IMG/VR virus record: IMGVR_UViG_3300045988_127105
Coordinates: 1 to 64,000 of that record
Source of the DNA: a virus
DNA: 64,000 nucleotides
Direction: 5' to 3' (one strand)
Shown here: positions 18,682-28,600 of the stretch, piece by piece
Layout: the number at the start of each line of letters is the position of its first letter
How positions within the stretch are numbered: the stretch's first letter is position 1
Notes under the pieces: generated by a model
Told to the model about the DNA's origin: nothing
The model's database searches: none
What the model saw: only the letters and a program-made list of their open reading frames with translations
Translations under genes and position numbers: made by a program

Positions 18682-20367
18682 ATGAAACACTATCGGTTTA
18701 TTAATTTTATTAAAAGCGGACATTTCCTTACTTGGCTCTTACTCATGCTTCTCTCCGTTGTAACTGGTGGCTCGTCGCTCATGGCTGTTGGCGACAATGT
18801 TGCGCCTCAGATTGGCGACGAGGGTCCTGACCCGGCTTCCTCTGCTGAGGCTGCTGCCAACGAACCCGTTGAGCCTGGCAAGAGCGACCTCAACAGTCCC
18901 GGTGGCAAAAAGGACGGACAGGATTTGACTGGCTCTCAGGCTTCATCCACCCAGCTCAAAGAGGGTGACATGATTGACGATGAATGGGATAATAACATTG
19001 TCAAATTCTACCCATACAAGACTCCGCTTCTCAGTATCGCTCGACAGGTCGCTGGTAAGGTTCCTATCAAGAACTGGACTGCCAAACACATGCGCATCGG
19101 TGGCGAAACTCTCGATGGTAAGACTACTGCTCCAATCACTGGTGGCGACACCATCGAGCTTAACTCTACCAACTTCTCTGGTTCTCTCCGTCCGTTCTAC
19201 AAGTGCTCTACTGTCTACGTTCCCGACGTTGAGGGCTACAAGGAAGGTTCTACTACCGTGCGCGAGGGCGTTCTTCAGCTCTACGTTATCGAGTCCAACG
19301 GCAAGAAGGTCACTCTCCAGGCTACCAACGGCAAGGCTAAGGACAATGGCACTCCTGCCGACGACCTTGACAGCATGACCTGCCCCGACATTCCTTCGGG
19401 CTCTGTCTTCCTCGTTGGCTCAACTGCCGCAAGCGAGTCTCAGCTTATGGTTCCTCCTGAGAACATGCAGCCTCGCGAGAAGGAGGTTTGTGTGCAGAAG
19501 AAGCTGCTCAACATTCTCTTCACTACCGACTACGAGAAAGTACAGACCAAGGTGCCTATCACCGTCAAAGACCTCAAGGCTGACGCTATCATGAAGTACA
19601 ACCTCCGCGCCGAGCGTTCTTACTGGCTTGGTACTAAACGACGCTTCAAGGTGCTCACCGAGGATGGTGCTGTAGAGGACGTTTACATTGCTGAGGGCAT
19701 CTTGTCTCAGATTACCAATAAGTATGCTATTGGCGACGTTCATGAGTGGGCCGATTGGATTGCTCTCTCTAAGCTTCAGTTTACCGACTTTGCCGAGAAC
19801 AACCACGCTTACGTCTTCGCTGGCAAGAACTTCATCGAGCGCATGGAGAAGATGAAGATTGACAAGGATGGCAAGAACGACATCATCAATCACGACGAGT
19901 TCGACCTTACTTTCAAGCGCATCAAGGACACATTCGGTACTTTCGATGTTGTTTGGGATCAGACTCTCGACCTTATGCACATGGAGGACTTTGCCGTTAT
20001 CATCGACCTTAAGGCGAGTCGTCGCTACGTGCGTGTTGCCAACAAGGAGCGCACCAACGACATGTCTAAGGGTGCAGGTGCTATCCGCGACGCTAAGCGT
20101 TGGATTCACGAGGAGGCCGATTGTATCGCTCTCCGTGGCTACAACTCTATACTTGTTGGTCCTGAGGAAAAGATTTCTAAGCTTGGCGGGTCCACTCTTA
20201 CCACTATCATCTCTGTTCCCAAACTCCCCGAGACTCCGTCTAACGGCATGAAGGCTGCCCTTACCGAGGACTACGTCTCTGGCGATGTTCAGTACGACAA
20301 GGGTACCGTCTACTACTACAACGGCACCAAGTGGGAACTCTACAGTGGTCAGGACGTGGCTGCATAA
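18682..20367 (+). CDS. Major capsid protein (putative)
   Basis: 561-aa ORF after the scaffold-like gene and followed by a strong hairpin. The call rests on position and size. The N-terminal ~100 aa are low complexity, and an alternative start is at 18781. Confidence 0.5.
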   Translation: MKHYRFINFIKSGHFLTWLLLMLLSVVTGGSSLMAVGDNVAPQIGDEGPDPASSAEAAANEPVEPGKSDLNSPGGKKDGQDLTGSQASSTQLKEGDMIDDEWDNNIVKFYPYKTPLLSIARQVAGKVPIKNWTAKHMRIGGETLDGKTTAPITGGDTIELNSTNFSGSLRPFYKCSTVYVPDVEGYKEGSTTVREGVLQLYVIESNGKKVTLQATNGKAKDNGTPADDLDSMTCPDIPSGSVFLVGSTAASESQLMVPPENMQPREKEVCVQKKLLNILFTTDYEKVQTKVPITVKDLKADAIMKYNLRAERSYWLGTKRRFKVLTEDGAVEDVYIAEGILSQITNKYAIGDVHEWADWIALSKLQFTDFAENNHAYVFAGKNFIERMEKMKIDKDGKNDIINHDEFDLTFKRIKDTFGTFDVVWDQTLDLMHMEDFAVIIDLKASRRYVRVANKERTNDMSKGAGAIRDAKRWIHEEADCIALRGYNSILVGPEEKISKLGGSTLTTIISVPKLPETPSNGMKAALTEDYVSGDVQYDKGTVYYYNGTKWELYSGQDVAA

Positions 20368-20401
20368 AGTTTTTTATTTCCGTAATAAATTAGTTGTCCC
20401 G

Positions 20402-20454
20402 ATAAGTCCTCGCTGAGCAACGGCTTTGCTCGCTAATGTCTCAGCGAGGCTTAT
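20402..20454 (+). terminator. Long stem-loop after the capsid-like gene (terminator / attenuator)
   Basis: ATAAGTCCTCGCTGAG pairs with CTCAGCGAGGCTTAT (one bulge). Confidence 0.5.
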
Positions 20455-20473
20455 CTTTAAAATCAAAAACTCA

Positions 20474-20893
20474 ATGATTAAGATATATAGATTAAAACAG
20501 GCTCTCAACAATGGTCATCATGTTCTTGTTGGCGCAGGTGGCAACAAGGTTCACTACGAGTTCACAGGTGGCAACGTCATTGCTGGCACTTGTCCTGAAC
20601 TTTCTCTTAAAGGCAAGTACTTTCAAGACCTTCTTGAGAGCAGTAAGCTCTTCAAGTCCGGTACAGTGGTGTTGGTCCGCGAAATCGAAACCTCAGACGA
20701 CATCGACCCCGTCCCAGCTCCCGAGCCAACGCCCAAGAAGCAGGTGGATAGTGTCGATTCCGTCACAACCCCCGACGAGCTTCTTGTTTACGTCAACACT
20801 AACTACTCCAAGAATTTCACCAGTCCTGCCAAGGCTCTCGCTTTTGCAGCTAAGGAAGGCATCGTCTTCCCCAAACTATCCCTTGGCGAGTAG
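20474..20893 (+). CDS. Hypothetical structural-module protein
   Basis: ORF 20426-20893; the ATG at 20474 (MIKIYRLK) lies downstream of the hairpin. Confidence 0.5.
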   Translation: MIKIYRLKQALNNGHHVLVGAGGNKVHYEFTGGNVIAGTCPELSLKGKYFQDLLESSKLFKSGTVVLVREIETSDDIDPVPAPEPTPKKQVDSVDSVTTPDELLVYVNTNYSKNFTSPAKALAFAAKEGIVFPKLSLGE

Positions 20894-20911
20894 TTTCTTA
20901 AAGCATTAGTT

Positions 20912-21580
20912 ATGACTATCTCCGAAATCATCAACAAAGTAAAATGGTGTATCGACCACGAGACTCATGAGGATGCCAAGCTTGCCGACAATGGAGAGGA
21001 CTCCTACATGGATAATATCATACGTGCCAAAATCAACGACGCACGCCGATGGCTCGCCGTAGCCACCTCCCAATCCATCACCCTCTCCTCCTCTCCAAGC
21101 TCCTCTTCCTCCTCCAGTGTTACAACACTCACTATCACCCCATATGATGGCTTTTCCGACATCGCCACCATCACCATCCCCTTGTCTCTTTCCACCGTCA
21201 CCTTAACTCGCGTACGTCTCTCGTCATGGCACAAGGCTGCCATACCTATTCTCGACACCTCCGACGACGCCATGCTTATGTTCGACGACACTGCAAAGGG
21301 TACTGTCAACCGACCTCTCGCCACTGTCATGCAAGGCTCTCCCACGAGAATCCTTGTTCAGCCTTACACCTCTGCCGACACTGCCGAGATTGTCTATATC
21401 GGTATAGCTTCCGACATCGACACTTCTTCTGATGATACCACCGTAGATATTCCAACCATCCACGAGTCTGCCTTCATCTACTACATTGCCTACCTCTTGC
21501 TTACCGCCTACCAAGACCCACGTGCGCAAGCAATGTTCGCTATTGCAGTCCAGCTGACAGGCTCCAAACAGTCCGTATAG
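20912..21580 (+). CDS. Hypothetical connector-sized protein with poly-Ser tract
   Basis: 222 aa. Contains SSSPSSSSSSS. The C-terminus (FIYYIAYLLLTAYQDPRAQ) is reminiscent of head-tail adaptor proteins, weakly. Confidence 0.45.
   Translation: MTISEIINKVKWCIDHETHEDAKLADNGEDSYMDNIIRAKINDARRWLAVATSQSITLSSSPSSSSSSSVTTLTITPYDGFSDIATITIPLSLSTVTLTRVRLSSWHKAAIPILDTSDDAMLMFDDTAKGTVNRPLATVMQGSPTRILVQPYTSADTAEIVYIGIASDIDTSSDDTTVDIPTIHESAFIYYIAYLLLTAYQDPRAQAMFAIAVQLTGSKQSV
21117..21128 (+). repeat. Copy 2 of GTGTTACAACAC, inside a plus-strand gene
   Basis: Exact 12-mer, read as S-V-T-T-L in the 20912 ORF. Confidence 0.9.
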
Positions 21581-21582
21581 TT

Positions 21583-21861
21583 ATGTACACTCTCACTGCA
21601 TCATACTCTCCCGAAGAACTTGCCTGGATCACTCCCGAAGTTCAGTTTAACCGTGACATCTACCTCATCGTCACCCTCAAACGCCCCGGCAAACTCATCA
21701 TCCGGCAACGTGTCTCCGATGGTTCCAATCCGCGCGTGCCTATCCGACGTCACAAAGATATGACCTCCTTCAAGCTCCGCCTTACCATCCTCCCCGAAAC
21801 CGTCGGTCTACAAATTTTCACATCTACCGAACCAAACGAAATTAAATATGCCTACATTTAG
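21583..21861 (+). CDS. Hypothetical protein
   Basis: 92-aa ORF, tightly packed. Confidence 0.45.
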   Translation: MYTLTASYSPEELAWITPEVQFNRDIYLIVTLKRPGKLIIRQRVSDGSNPRVPIRRHKDMTSFKLRLTILPETVGLQIFTSTEPNEIKYAYI

Positions 21862-22063
21862 AGAAGACCCTAAAATCGGTTCTAAGGTCCCATTAATCAA
21901 AACTGCCGACCTTAACGACAAGTCGGTCACAGAGAAGAAGCTCGCCGACGGTGCTGTAACAAAAGATAAACTCTCTCATGAGGTTCTGAACGGGCTTCCG
22001 ATGGAGAGAATAACAGAAGAAGAAATTGAAATAATAGTAGGAGAGAAAGGAGACATAAAATGA
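21848..22063 (+). CDS. Small tail-fibre-associated protein
   Basis: DKSVTEKKLADGAVTKDKLS is a fibre-type repeat. The C-terminus reads ITEEEIEIIVG. Confidence 0.45.
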   Translation: MPTFREDPKIGSKVPLIKTADLNDKSVTEKKLADGAVTKDKLSHEVLNGLPMERITEEEIEIIVGEKGDIK

Positions 22064-22875
22064 ATAAGTTTGTAGATGATAAAGGACTTAAAAGATATAC
22101 TGACAATATGAAACTTCTTCTTAAGAAGAAAGTTTCTAAGAAAAGACCTTATGGTCAGATAGTTATTGGTAAGTCAATAAATCCAAAATCGTATGATTGG
22201 GGAACAATATATGCTTTTCGTGGACATCCATGTATAACAGTATGGAGTAATAATGCATTTGAGACATTTAATATAATTATTCGTGATACTACAGGTAAAG
22301 ATGTAAGTAATACATATCAATCATCAGGAACAGTACTTACTAACACAAAAGCTAAATATGTTCATTTAATACACTTAATTGGATATCCAAAAATTCCATG
22401 TGGTTTTAGCATGTTTAATCCATATACAAATGGAGATACTACTATACATTTACAAGAAATTAAGATTCCAGCGGATAACCTTACTGGTACTTCAAAAAAC
22501 TACAGTTGGGTTAATGGAAAACGTGTGACAAGTAAAAAAGGAACTTTTAAAATAGCTTGTGAAATTTTGAGATATAAATTTGACAAGACTAACAAGAATG
22601 CTGCTGTTAATATAGTAAAGGCTTATCAATCAAATACAAATGGTATTTTTGGAGTACCATATTGGAAGCATGGTGTATTTCGAGGTAAACCTTATAGAGA
22701 TAAATTTCCTAATAAAAAGAAAAAATATACAAGATTTACGAGAAAAACTTCTGGATTAGGTGGTGGTCTATGGCTTGTACGTTTTTATGATAGAAAAAGT
22801 AAGACATATATGAATGATGTAAAAGTATATGTAAGGAAAACTAAAGAAGGAAAGCTTATTTTCAAAAGGACATAA
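22060..22875 (+). CDS. Tail-fibre / receptor-binding paralogue (AT-rich, basic)
   Basis: The N-terminus MNKFVDDKGLKRY is shared with the next two genes. Visibly AT-richer than its flanks. Confidence 0.45.
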   Translation: MNKFVDDKGLKRYTDNMKLLLKKKVSKKRPYGQIVIGKSINPKSYDWGTIYAFRGHPCITVWSNNAFETFNIIIRDTTGKDVSNTYQSSGTVLTNTKAKYVHLIHLIGYPKIPCGFSMFNPYTNGDTTIHLQEIKIPADNLTGTSKNYSWVNGKRVTSKKGTFKIACEILRYKFDKTNKNAAVNIVKAYQSNTNGIFGVPYWKHGVFRGKPYRDKFPNKKKKYTRFTRKTSGLGGGLWLVRFYDRKSKTYMNDVKVYVRKTKEGKLIFKRT

Positions 22876-23059
22876 AAAATGGGTAGCGTTAGACAAAAAG
22901 GATACTACACCACAAGGCATGTACTTCATTAACCGTCTAACTTACCACCCATTGCAAAGATACTATATAATATTCAGTTTTGCAAGAGTTTGAGTAATAA
23001 AATAAAGATAAAATATAAAGTTTAACAAACATTAGTAATAAATTAACAAACAAACAATT

Positions 23060-23632
23060 ATGACAAAATTTATAGACAGTTTAGGACTAAAAAGATTAGT
23101 CACAAAGATTGCTGAAGCAGTTGGGAAGGGAACTTGGTTGCCAGTGAAGAAAGGAAAAGGAGAACGAGCTGTTGAAGAAGGAATAGGCACTGCTTTAGGT
23201 AGCTATTCTCATGCCGAAAATAATGCTACTGCTTCAGGAGATGGTTCACATGCAGAAGGTAATAAGACTACAGCATTAGGTGACTTCTCTCATACAGAAG
23301 GTGATTCTACAACTGCATCTGGTTTTGCTTCACATGCCCAAGGTTCTTCTAATTATGATGATCCATCATTTATGGATGTGGTTGGTGTTGGTAATGATAA
23401 CACTACCAAAAACGCTTCTGTAATATATGTAAAGCGTGATACAGAAGGTTACCCCGATCAAAGCGATCCTAAAAATGGCTATCAATATCTCATAGGTATT
23501 GGAGGTTATCAAGGTAGAAATATTGCAGAGGGCATGAAGAGTGTGCAAGAAGTGATAGCAGACCTTGAAAAAGGAGTGGCAGCAACAGAGACTATGACTG
23601 TTGAAGAGATTAGGGAAATAATGAGTGCATAG
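23060..23632 (+). CDS. Tail-fibre protein with YadA-head-like (Hep_Hag-type) repeats
   Basis: N-terminus MTKFIDSLGLKRL. Repeats SHAENNATASGDGSHAEGNKTTALGDFSHTEGDSTTASGFASHAQG. C-terminus MTVEEIREIMSA. Confidence 0.55.
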   Translation: MTKFIDSLGLKRLVTKIAEAVGKGTWLPVKKGKGERAVEEGIGTALGSYSHAENNATASGDGSHAEGNKTTALGDFSHTEGDSTTASGFASHAQGSSNYDDPSFMDVVGVGNDNTTKNASVIYVKRDTEGYPDQSDPKNGYQYLIGIGGYQGRNIAEGMKSVQEVIADLEKGVAATETMTVEEIREIMSA

Positions 23633-23683
23633 AAATAAACGAAAAGATAAATAGTAACATAAAATTTTTTTAAACAAATCGTT

Positions 23684-24556
23684 ATGACAAAGTATTTAGA
23701 CAAGGTAGGCCTTACAGAGTATACTAAACTGATGAAGGCTCATGTAGCAAAGAGTACATTGAAACTTGGTGAATCATCTGGTACGGCTTATGACGGAGCA
23801 AAGGGTAAGGCAAATGCCGACTTCATTAATGGAGTGAAAAACGGTAACCTCGCTCTTGTGTCACCAGAAATCAGAGGCAGATGGAATGTGTTCAACGCAG
23901 CTGGTACAGTAGTGGAATCAATGGGTTCACCATCAACCTCTCTGTCACTTGAAAACGGTTATCAAGCATCATGGACAGGCTCATTCTTATATCCAGCAGC
24001 AAAGGAAGGCCAGAAAGTTCCAACAAGTGTATCTGGTAATTGGACTGCACTTCCAGCAGCAAATACACCATCTGCAACATACAAAACCCCAGAGAAGGTA
24101 AAAACTGACACCACTATCTCGGCAACTATCGCAGCTGCCAAAACTGGTCTTATGGTTGTTGGTTCAGATGTAAAGCCTGCAAGTGGCAATGACACAAAGA
24201 CAGCATCTGCAAGCGTACACTTCTATCATCGCCGTTATTTTGGTTTGGCATCAACATCAAGTATAACAGCAGATGTTATAAAGGGTTTGAGTAAGACAGA
24301 TCTTAATAATTCACGCACAGCAAAGCTTGAAGGTATTTCGGCAACAGATGCTCAGTACTATGTAATAGCTTATCCAAAGATAATGGGTGAGTTGACCAAG
24401 ATAGTACAGAATGGAGCCACACCATTGCTGAATGGAGGTTTTGAAAAGAGTGAGGTAACAGTGACAAATGCAGCTGGTGCTTCAATAGTTTACTTGGTAT
24501 ACCGTACAGTAAACCCAGGAGCATTGAAGGATAACTCATTCCTGGATATAGCATAA
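23684..24556 (+). CDS. Tail-fibre paralogue
   Basis: The N-terminus MTKYLDKVGLTEY is shared with the 22060 and 23060 products. Confidence 0.45.
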   Translation: MTKYLDKVGLTEYTKLMKAHVAKSTLKLGESSGTAYDGAKGKANADFINGVKNGNLALVSPEIRGRWNVFNAAGTVVESMGSPSTSLSLENGYQASWTGSFLYPAAKEGQKVPTSVSGNWTALPAANTPSATYKTPEKVKTDTTISATIAAAKTGLMVVGSDVKPASGNDTKTASASVHFYHRRYFGLASTSSITADVIKGLSKTDLNNSRTAKLEGISATDAQYYVIAYPKIMGELTKIVQNGATPLLNGGFEKSEVTVTNAAGASIVYLVYRTVNPGALKDNSFLDIA

Positions 24557-24589
24557 ATAATTGTTTAACATTAAAAACATAAAAAAGAT

Positions 24590-25615
24590 ATGGCATTAAA
24601 ACAAGCAAATACGCTGGCTCCAAGTAATGTGTCAGCAACAGGTTTTGCCTTGGCAGACGCAAGACATATTGGAGGTCATAAAGTTGTAGCAAGTCTAACA
24701 GCTTTGTATGCATTACAGGATTGGCAGCTACTTAATCCTGGAGAAACAGACACAGCATTGGCATTAGGTCAGCAGTGGTATGTTAAGGGAATTGGTTTCT
24801 ATAGACTAACCAACTGGGCTAATCGTAAAACATCAAGTGGTTGGATAAAGGAAGTAGATCCAAATAACATTGACACTACACTATTTCAGATTGTTTCTGC
24901 TCTTCCTACAAGTGGCATTAATAAGAATCGTATATATCTTGTAGCTTCGGCAAACAGAGACCCTAATGGTAAAAATATATATGCCGAGTATATCTATACT
25001 GGTGATACCTCAGCCACCTATGACGCAACCAAGTGGGAGAAAATTGGTGAATATACACCAACCGTGGACTTATCTCCTTACATGAAGTTGGAGCAGAAGG
25101 GTGTGGCTAATGGTGTAGCTACCTTGGATGCAAAGGGTAAGGTTACTGATGGTCAGTTGTGGGATGCAACAAGCGAGAATCATGGCTTGATGTCAGAAAC
25201 AGATAAGAAAATTCTTGATACAATCAATGATGAACTATATGCGGGTAAATACTCTGATGTATGTAAGTTTGATGATATATTTACACCTATTATAGATGTG
25301 GAGATACTTCAGAATTCACTTGCTGAGTCTGTTGTAAACTATGATATTGTCTATCTTACAACTAAAAATATGTTTGTAGCAAGACATGAGGGTAAATATT
25401 ATAATAACTGGGCGCATAGAGCAGAAACCTTTGGTGACTCAAATACTCCAGTAGAAGGTAAATTGTATTTAAAGAAAGCAGGACAGATATCAGTGGCTGG
25501 TTCGATTGTATCACCTACTTTATATACAGGTGATAGTAAGGGTCTTTATCCTCTTGCTAATCAGAACGATATTCAAGTAATGTCTAATGAGGAGATTGAT
25601 GCTTTGTTTGCATAA
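24590..25615 (+). CDS. Tail-fibre protein
   Basis: KGVANGVATLDAKGKVTDGQL matches the widespread fibre motif GVAxLDxxGKV. C-terminus MSNEEIDALFA. Confidence 0.6.
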   Translation: MALKQANTLAPSNVSATGFALADARHIGGHKVVASLTALYALQDWQLLNPGETDTALALGQQWYVKGIGFYRLTNWANRKTSSGWIKEVDPNNIDTTLFQIVSALPTSGINKNRIYLVASANRDPNGKNIYAEYIYTGDTSATYDATKWEKIGEYTPTVDLSPYMKLEQKGVANGVATLDAKGKVTDGQLWDATSENHGLMSETDKKILDTINDELYAGKYSDVCKFDDIFTPIIDVEILQNSLAESVVNYDIVYLTTKNMFVARHEGKYYNNWAHRAETFGDSNTPVEGKLYLKKAGQISVAGSIVSPTLYTGDSKGLYPLANQNDIQVMSNEEIDALFA

Positions 25616-25637
25616 ACATAAGCTATAACAAGTAAGT

Positions 25638-25675
25638 AAAAAAGTGGTGAACTTTTAGAAGGTTCACCACTTTTT
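25638..25675. terminator. Bidirectional terminator between the fibre genes and the giant ORF
   Basis: AGTGGTGAAC (25642-25651) pairs with GTTCACCACT (25661-25670). An A run lies upstream and a T run downstream. Confidence 0.75.
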
Positions 25676-25682
25676 CTTTTCT

Positions 25683-28600
25683 TTATTCTATCCTATCCAA
25701 ATCTTCTACAGCCTCCTGCATTATCATCTCAATATTCTTATTCGCGAAGTCCACCTGCTTCTTATCATCGGCCCACTTCTTTCTCATCGTGTTCCAGTGT
25801 CTCATTCGCTTTTCCGCATTCTTGATGATATTCACCTTTCTTTGCTCAGGCGAACCTTCGAACTTTTCCAATGCAGCAGCATTTTCAATCCTCTTCATCG
25901 TAGGCACGTTCTTCGAGTTCAGCTTGTCGTTATTGGCGATAGTCTGTTCCATTTCCTCCTTGTAGTTATACCATTTGGCTTTGGTTCTCGCCATGCTCGA
26001 CTGTTCTCTTGGAGTATAGAAGAGTGAGCGCAAGAATGGCACGTCGCCCACTTCTATCTCGTCTGTCTTGCCAGTCGTTGCCTTTGCGACCAAGCCTGCA
26101 GTGCGTTGAGTAAATGTGCCCATACCACCACTCCACGAACCGAAGAAATGATTGAGCATCGACGGGTCTGTTGCCCAGTCAAGAACCTCGTTGCCCTTCA
26201 TTTCCGGATTGCCAGGAGCTATATTGTTGGTCTTGGCGTTCACCCACTTGTTCAAGTCCACAAGTCTTGCCGGAACATTATTATAGGCGTTCTGCCATGC
26301 CGGGTTAAGCTCTGTCTTATCGCCCGTTCGTCTTATTGGCGCACCCTTCCAGTCGTTGTTAAGCCACCATTCAATGAACGGAACTATAGCAGTAGGAGCA
26401 ATACCTTCTGTAGTCATGCCAACTCCATTTTCCAAGCTCTTTTCATAGTTCGGATTATTCAAGAAGTCCATTACTGGGAATAGCTGCGACATACAGCCCA
26501 CGGCATCCATCGCCATGTTTCTCTGGCTCTTCACGTTCTTGGCAAATGTCTGTCCGGCTGCCAAGTCACCAAGACTATAGAACGCTCTCAATTCAATGGC
26601 CAACGGCACAGTCACAAATTTGTTATTGCCCACATATATACACAGGTTGTTTCGTCTGATATAGTCAGGCAACTCGCCGTACGGATCCTTCACGTTACCT
26701 CTGTCCTTATCGTCCTCATTCTGTATAATAGCATTGTTGACAGCAGCCATAATCAACGCTAAGGCAAACGGTGCAGATGTCATAGCAACAGTAGTACCCA
26801 CAGGCGCACGCTTGATATTCTTGAACAACAGGTTCGTGCTCTGAATGCCAGCATTAAAGAACATCGAGTAGTTTCTTAGGTAGCCAGCCACAAAACCGTA
26901 TGTGTTTCGCCTTGCCTTCTGCCAATCACCCATTTCTCCGTTCTTGAAGCTCTTTATAGCATCACCCGAACCATGACGGTTGAAGTTTGTCGATACCTCC
27001 TTTGCGTCATACGCGCTTCTTGCTGCCGAACGTCCCAAGTCTCTTGATGTGCAATATGTGGCAAATCGTGCCATGTTCTCAGCCACCTCGTTCAGATTCT
27101 CCACGTTCTCGCCTAATTTCTTAAGCACTTCCACAGCATTAACCATAACCTTCTTCGCGCCCTTTGCCGATTCCTTCTCCACGATACTCTTGTAGCTCTT
27201 CTCCATATCGTGCATCGAGAACAACTGTACAAAGCCTGTCTCGCCACCGTTCTCCATGAACTCCTTGAAGTATCGCTCCATCTTCGAGTTGCCAAGCGTG
27301 CCCTCTCTGTATCGGGCATACAGTCCGAAGCCTACACCATTCTTGAAGTCTTTCATCTTCATGCTCTTTAAGCTTCCTGCACCCTCATTGTAGAACATAT
27401 TCAGCGGATTAAGCTCACCATAATAGCGTGACCACTTTGCAAGATATCTTCCACCTTCCTTTGCAGCAACATGCGAAGATGCAAATTCCATGTCTCTCAC
27501 GATGTTTCTCATCACAAACTCTGGGCTCCACGATGTTGAGGCCATAGCCATCCATCGTGTCACAGCCTGCAACGACCTGACGCTTGCCTTGCCGTTCTCC
27601 AGCATTCCGTTCAAAGCCTGTGCTGCTCTCGGATTGCCAAGCACCACAAATCTGTGTGTTCTTCCGGCTATCTTCACGTCCACAAAGTGTTGGCTCTTGT
27701 CCTTCGCTCTTTGGAACTTGAAGCCTATGTCCGTTCCATTGCTCAGACTCTTTGCCTCACCCTTAGCTTGCTTGGTCCTCATGTCCGTTTCAAAGGCATC
27801 CACAATGCTCGCAACATCATCTGCGCTTGCTCCTTCAGGAATCTGCGGATAAGCCTCCTCCCAAATGTCGTTGCCGTTCAAGTCCGTGCCAGTTTTCTCA
27901 ACCCACACCTTTGTCTCCTTCACAAGGTTCTGCTCTCCGCTGTTTCTCACGAATCGCGCAAAGGCTAACTTAATAGAGTTCTGACCTCCGTTTCTTATCG
28001 CACGGTTGCCCATCAAACCTATCTGTGCCAATATCTCCACATTGCTCAGACTCTTTCGTCCCTTGGCGTTCATCAGCGTCGTGCCAATATAATTGCTCGG
28101 GTCGCCCATTTCTGTCACATATCCGTATACGTCCTCAGCGGTTGCCTCGTCAAACTTTCTCAACGGTACATACCAGTCAAACATATTCAACACTCCGTCG
28201 TGTGTCTCCTTGGTGATAATGTTATTCTCGTAGTCCGAATTTACCGAATAGTCTGTAGCTGCCTTCACCTTCTTCCAGAAGTCGGCAACTGAGCCTTTCT
28301 TCATGCTTTCCATGCTCGCCTCCTGGCTCACAACCTCGTCAATAGCTCCGGCATCATCATAAGGCGATTTCATATCGTCAATGCCCTGCAATCCGTGCAT
28401 ACCCGAATAGTCATGCTCTTCTGCCTTAAAGTCCTTATCCAAGTTCTGTACTATCCACTCGTCCATCTGACGGTAGTACTCCTTCAAGTCTATCTGTCCC
28501 GAGTCAAGCTTCTTTCTAAGGTCGCTTCTCTCGTCCTTCCAAGCAGTCTCCAAAGCATCAACACTATCGGATTCTTCACTTTTCACTTTTCCCTTTTCAC

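Noticed and set aside
21848-25615. A diversity-generating retroelement or invertible shufflon acting on the fibre genes.
   Set aside because: No reverse transcriptase, template/variable repeat pair, invertase gene or flanking inverted repeats were seen. The paralogues share only short peptide tags.
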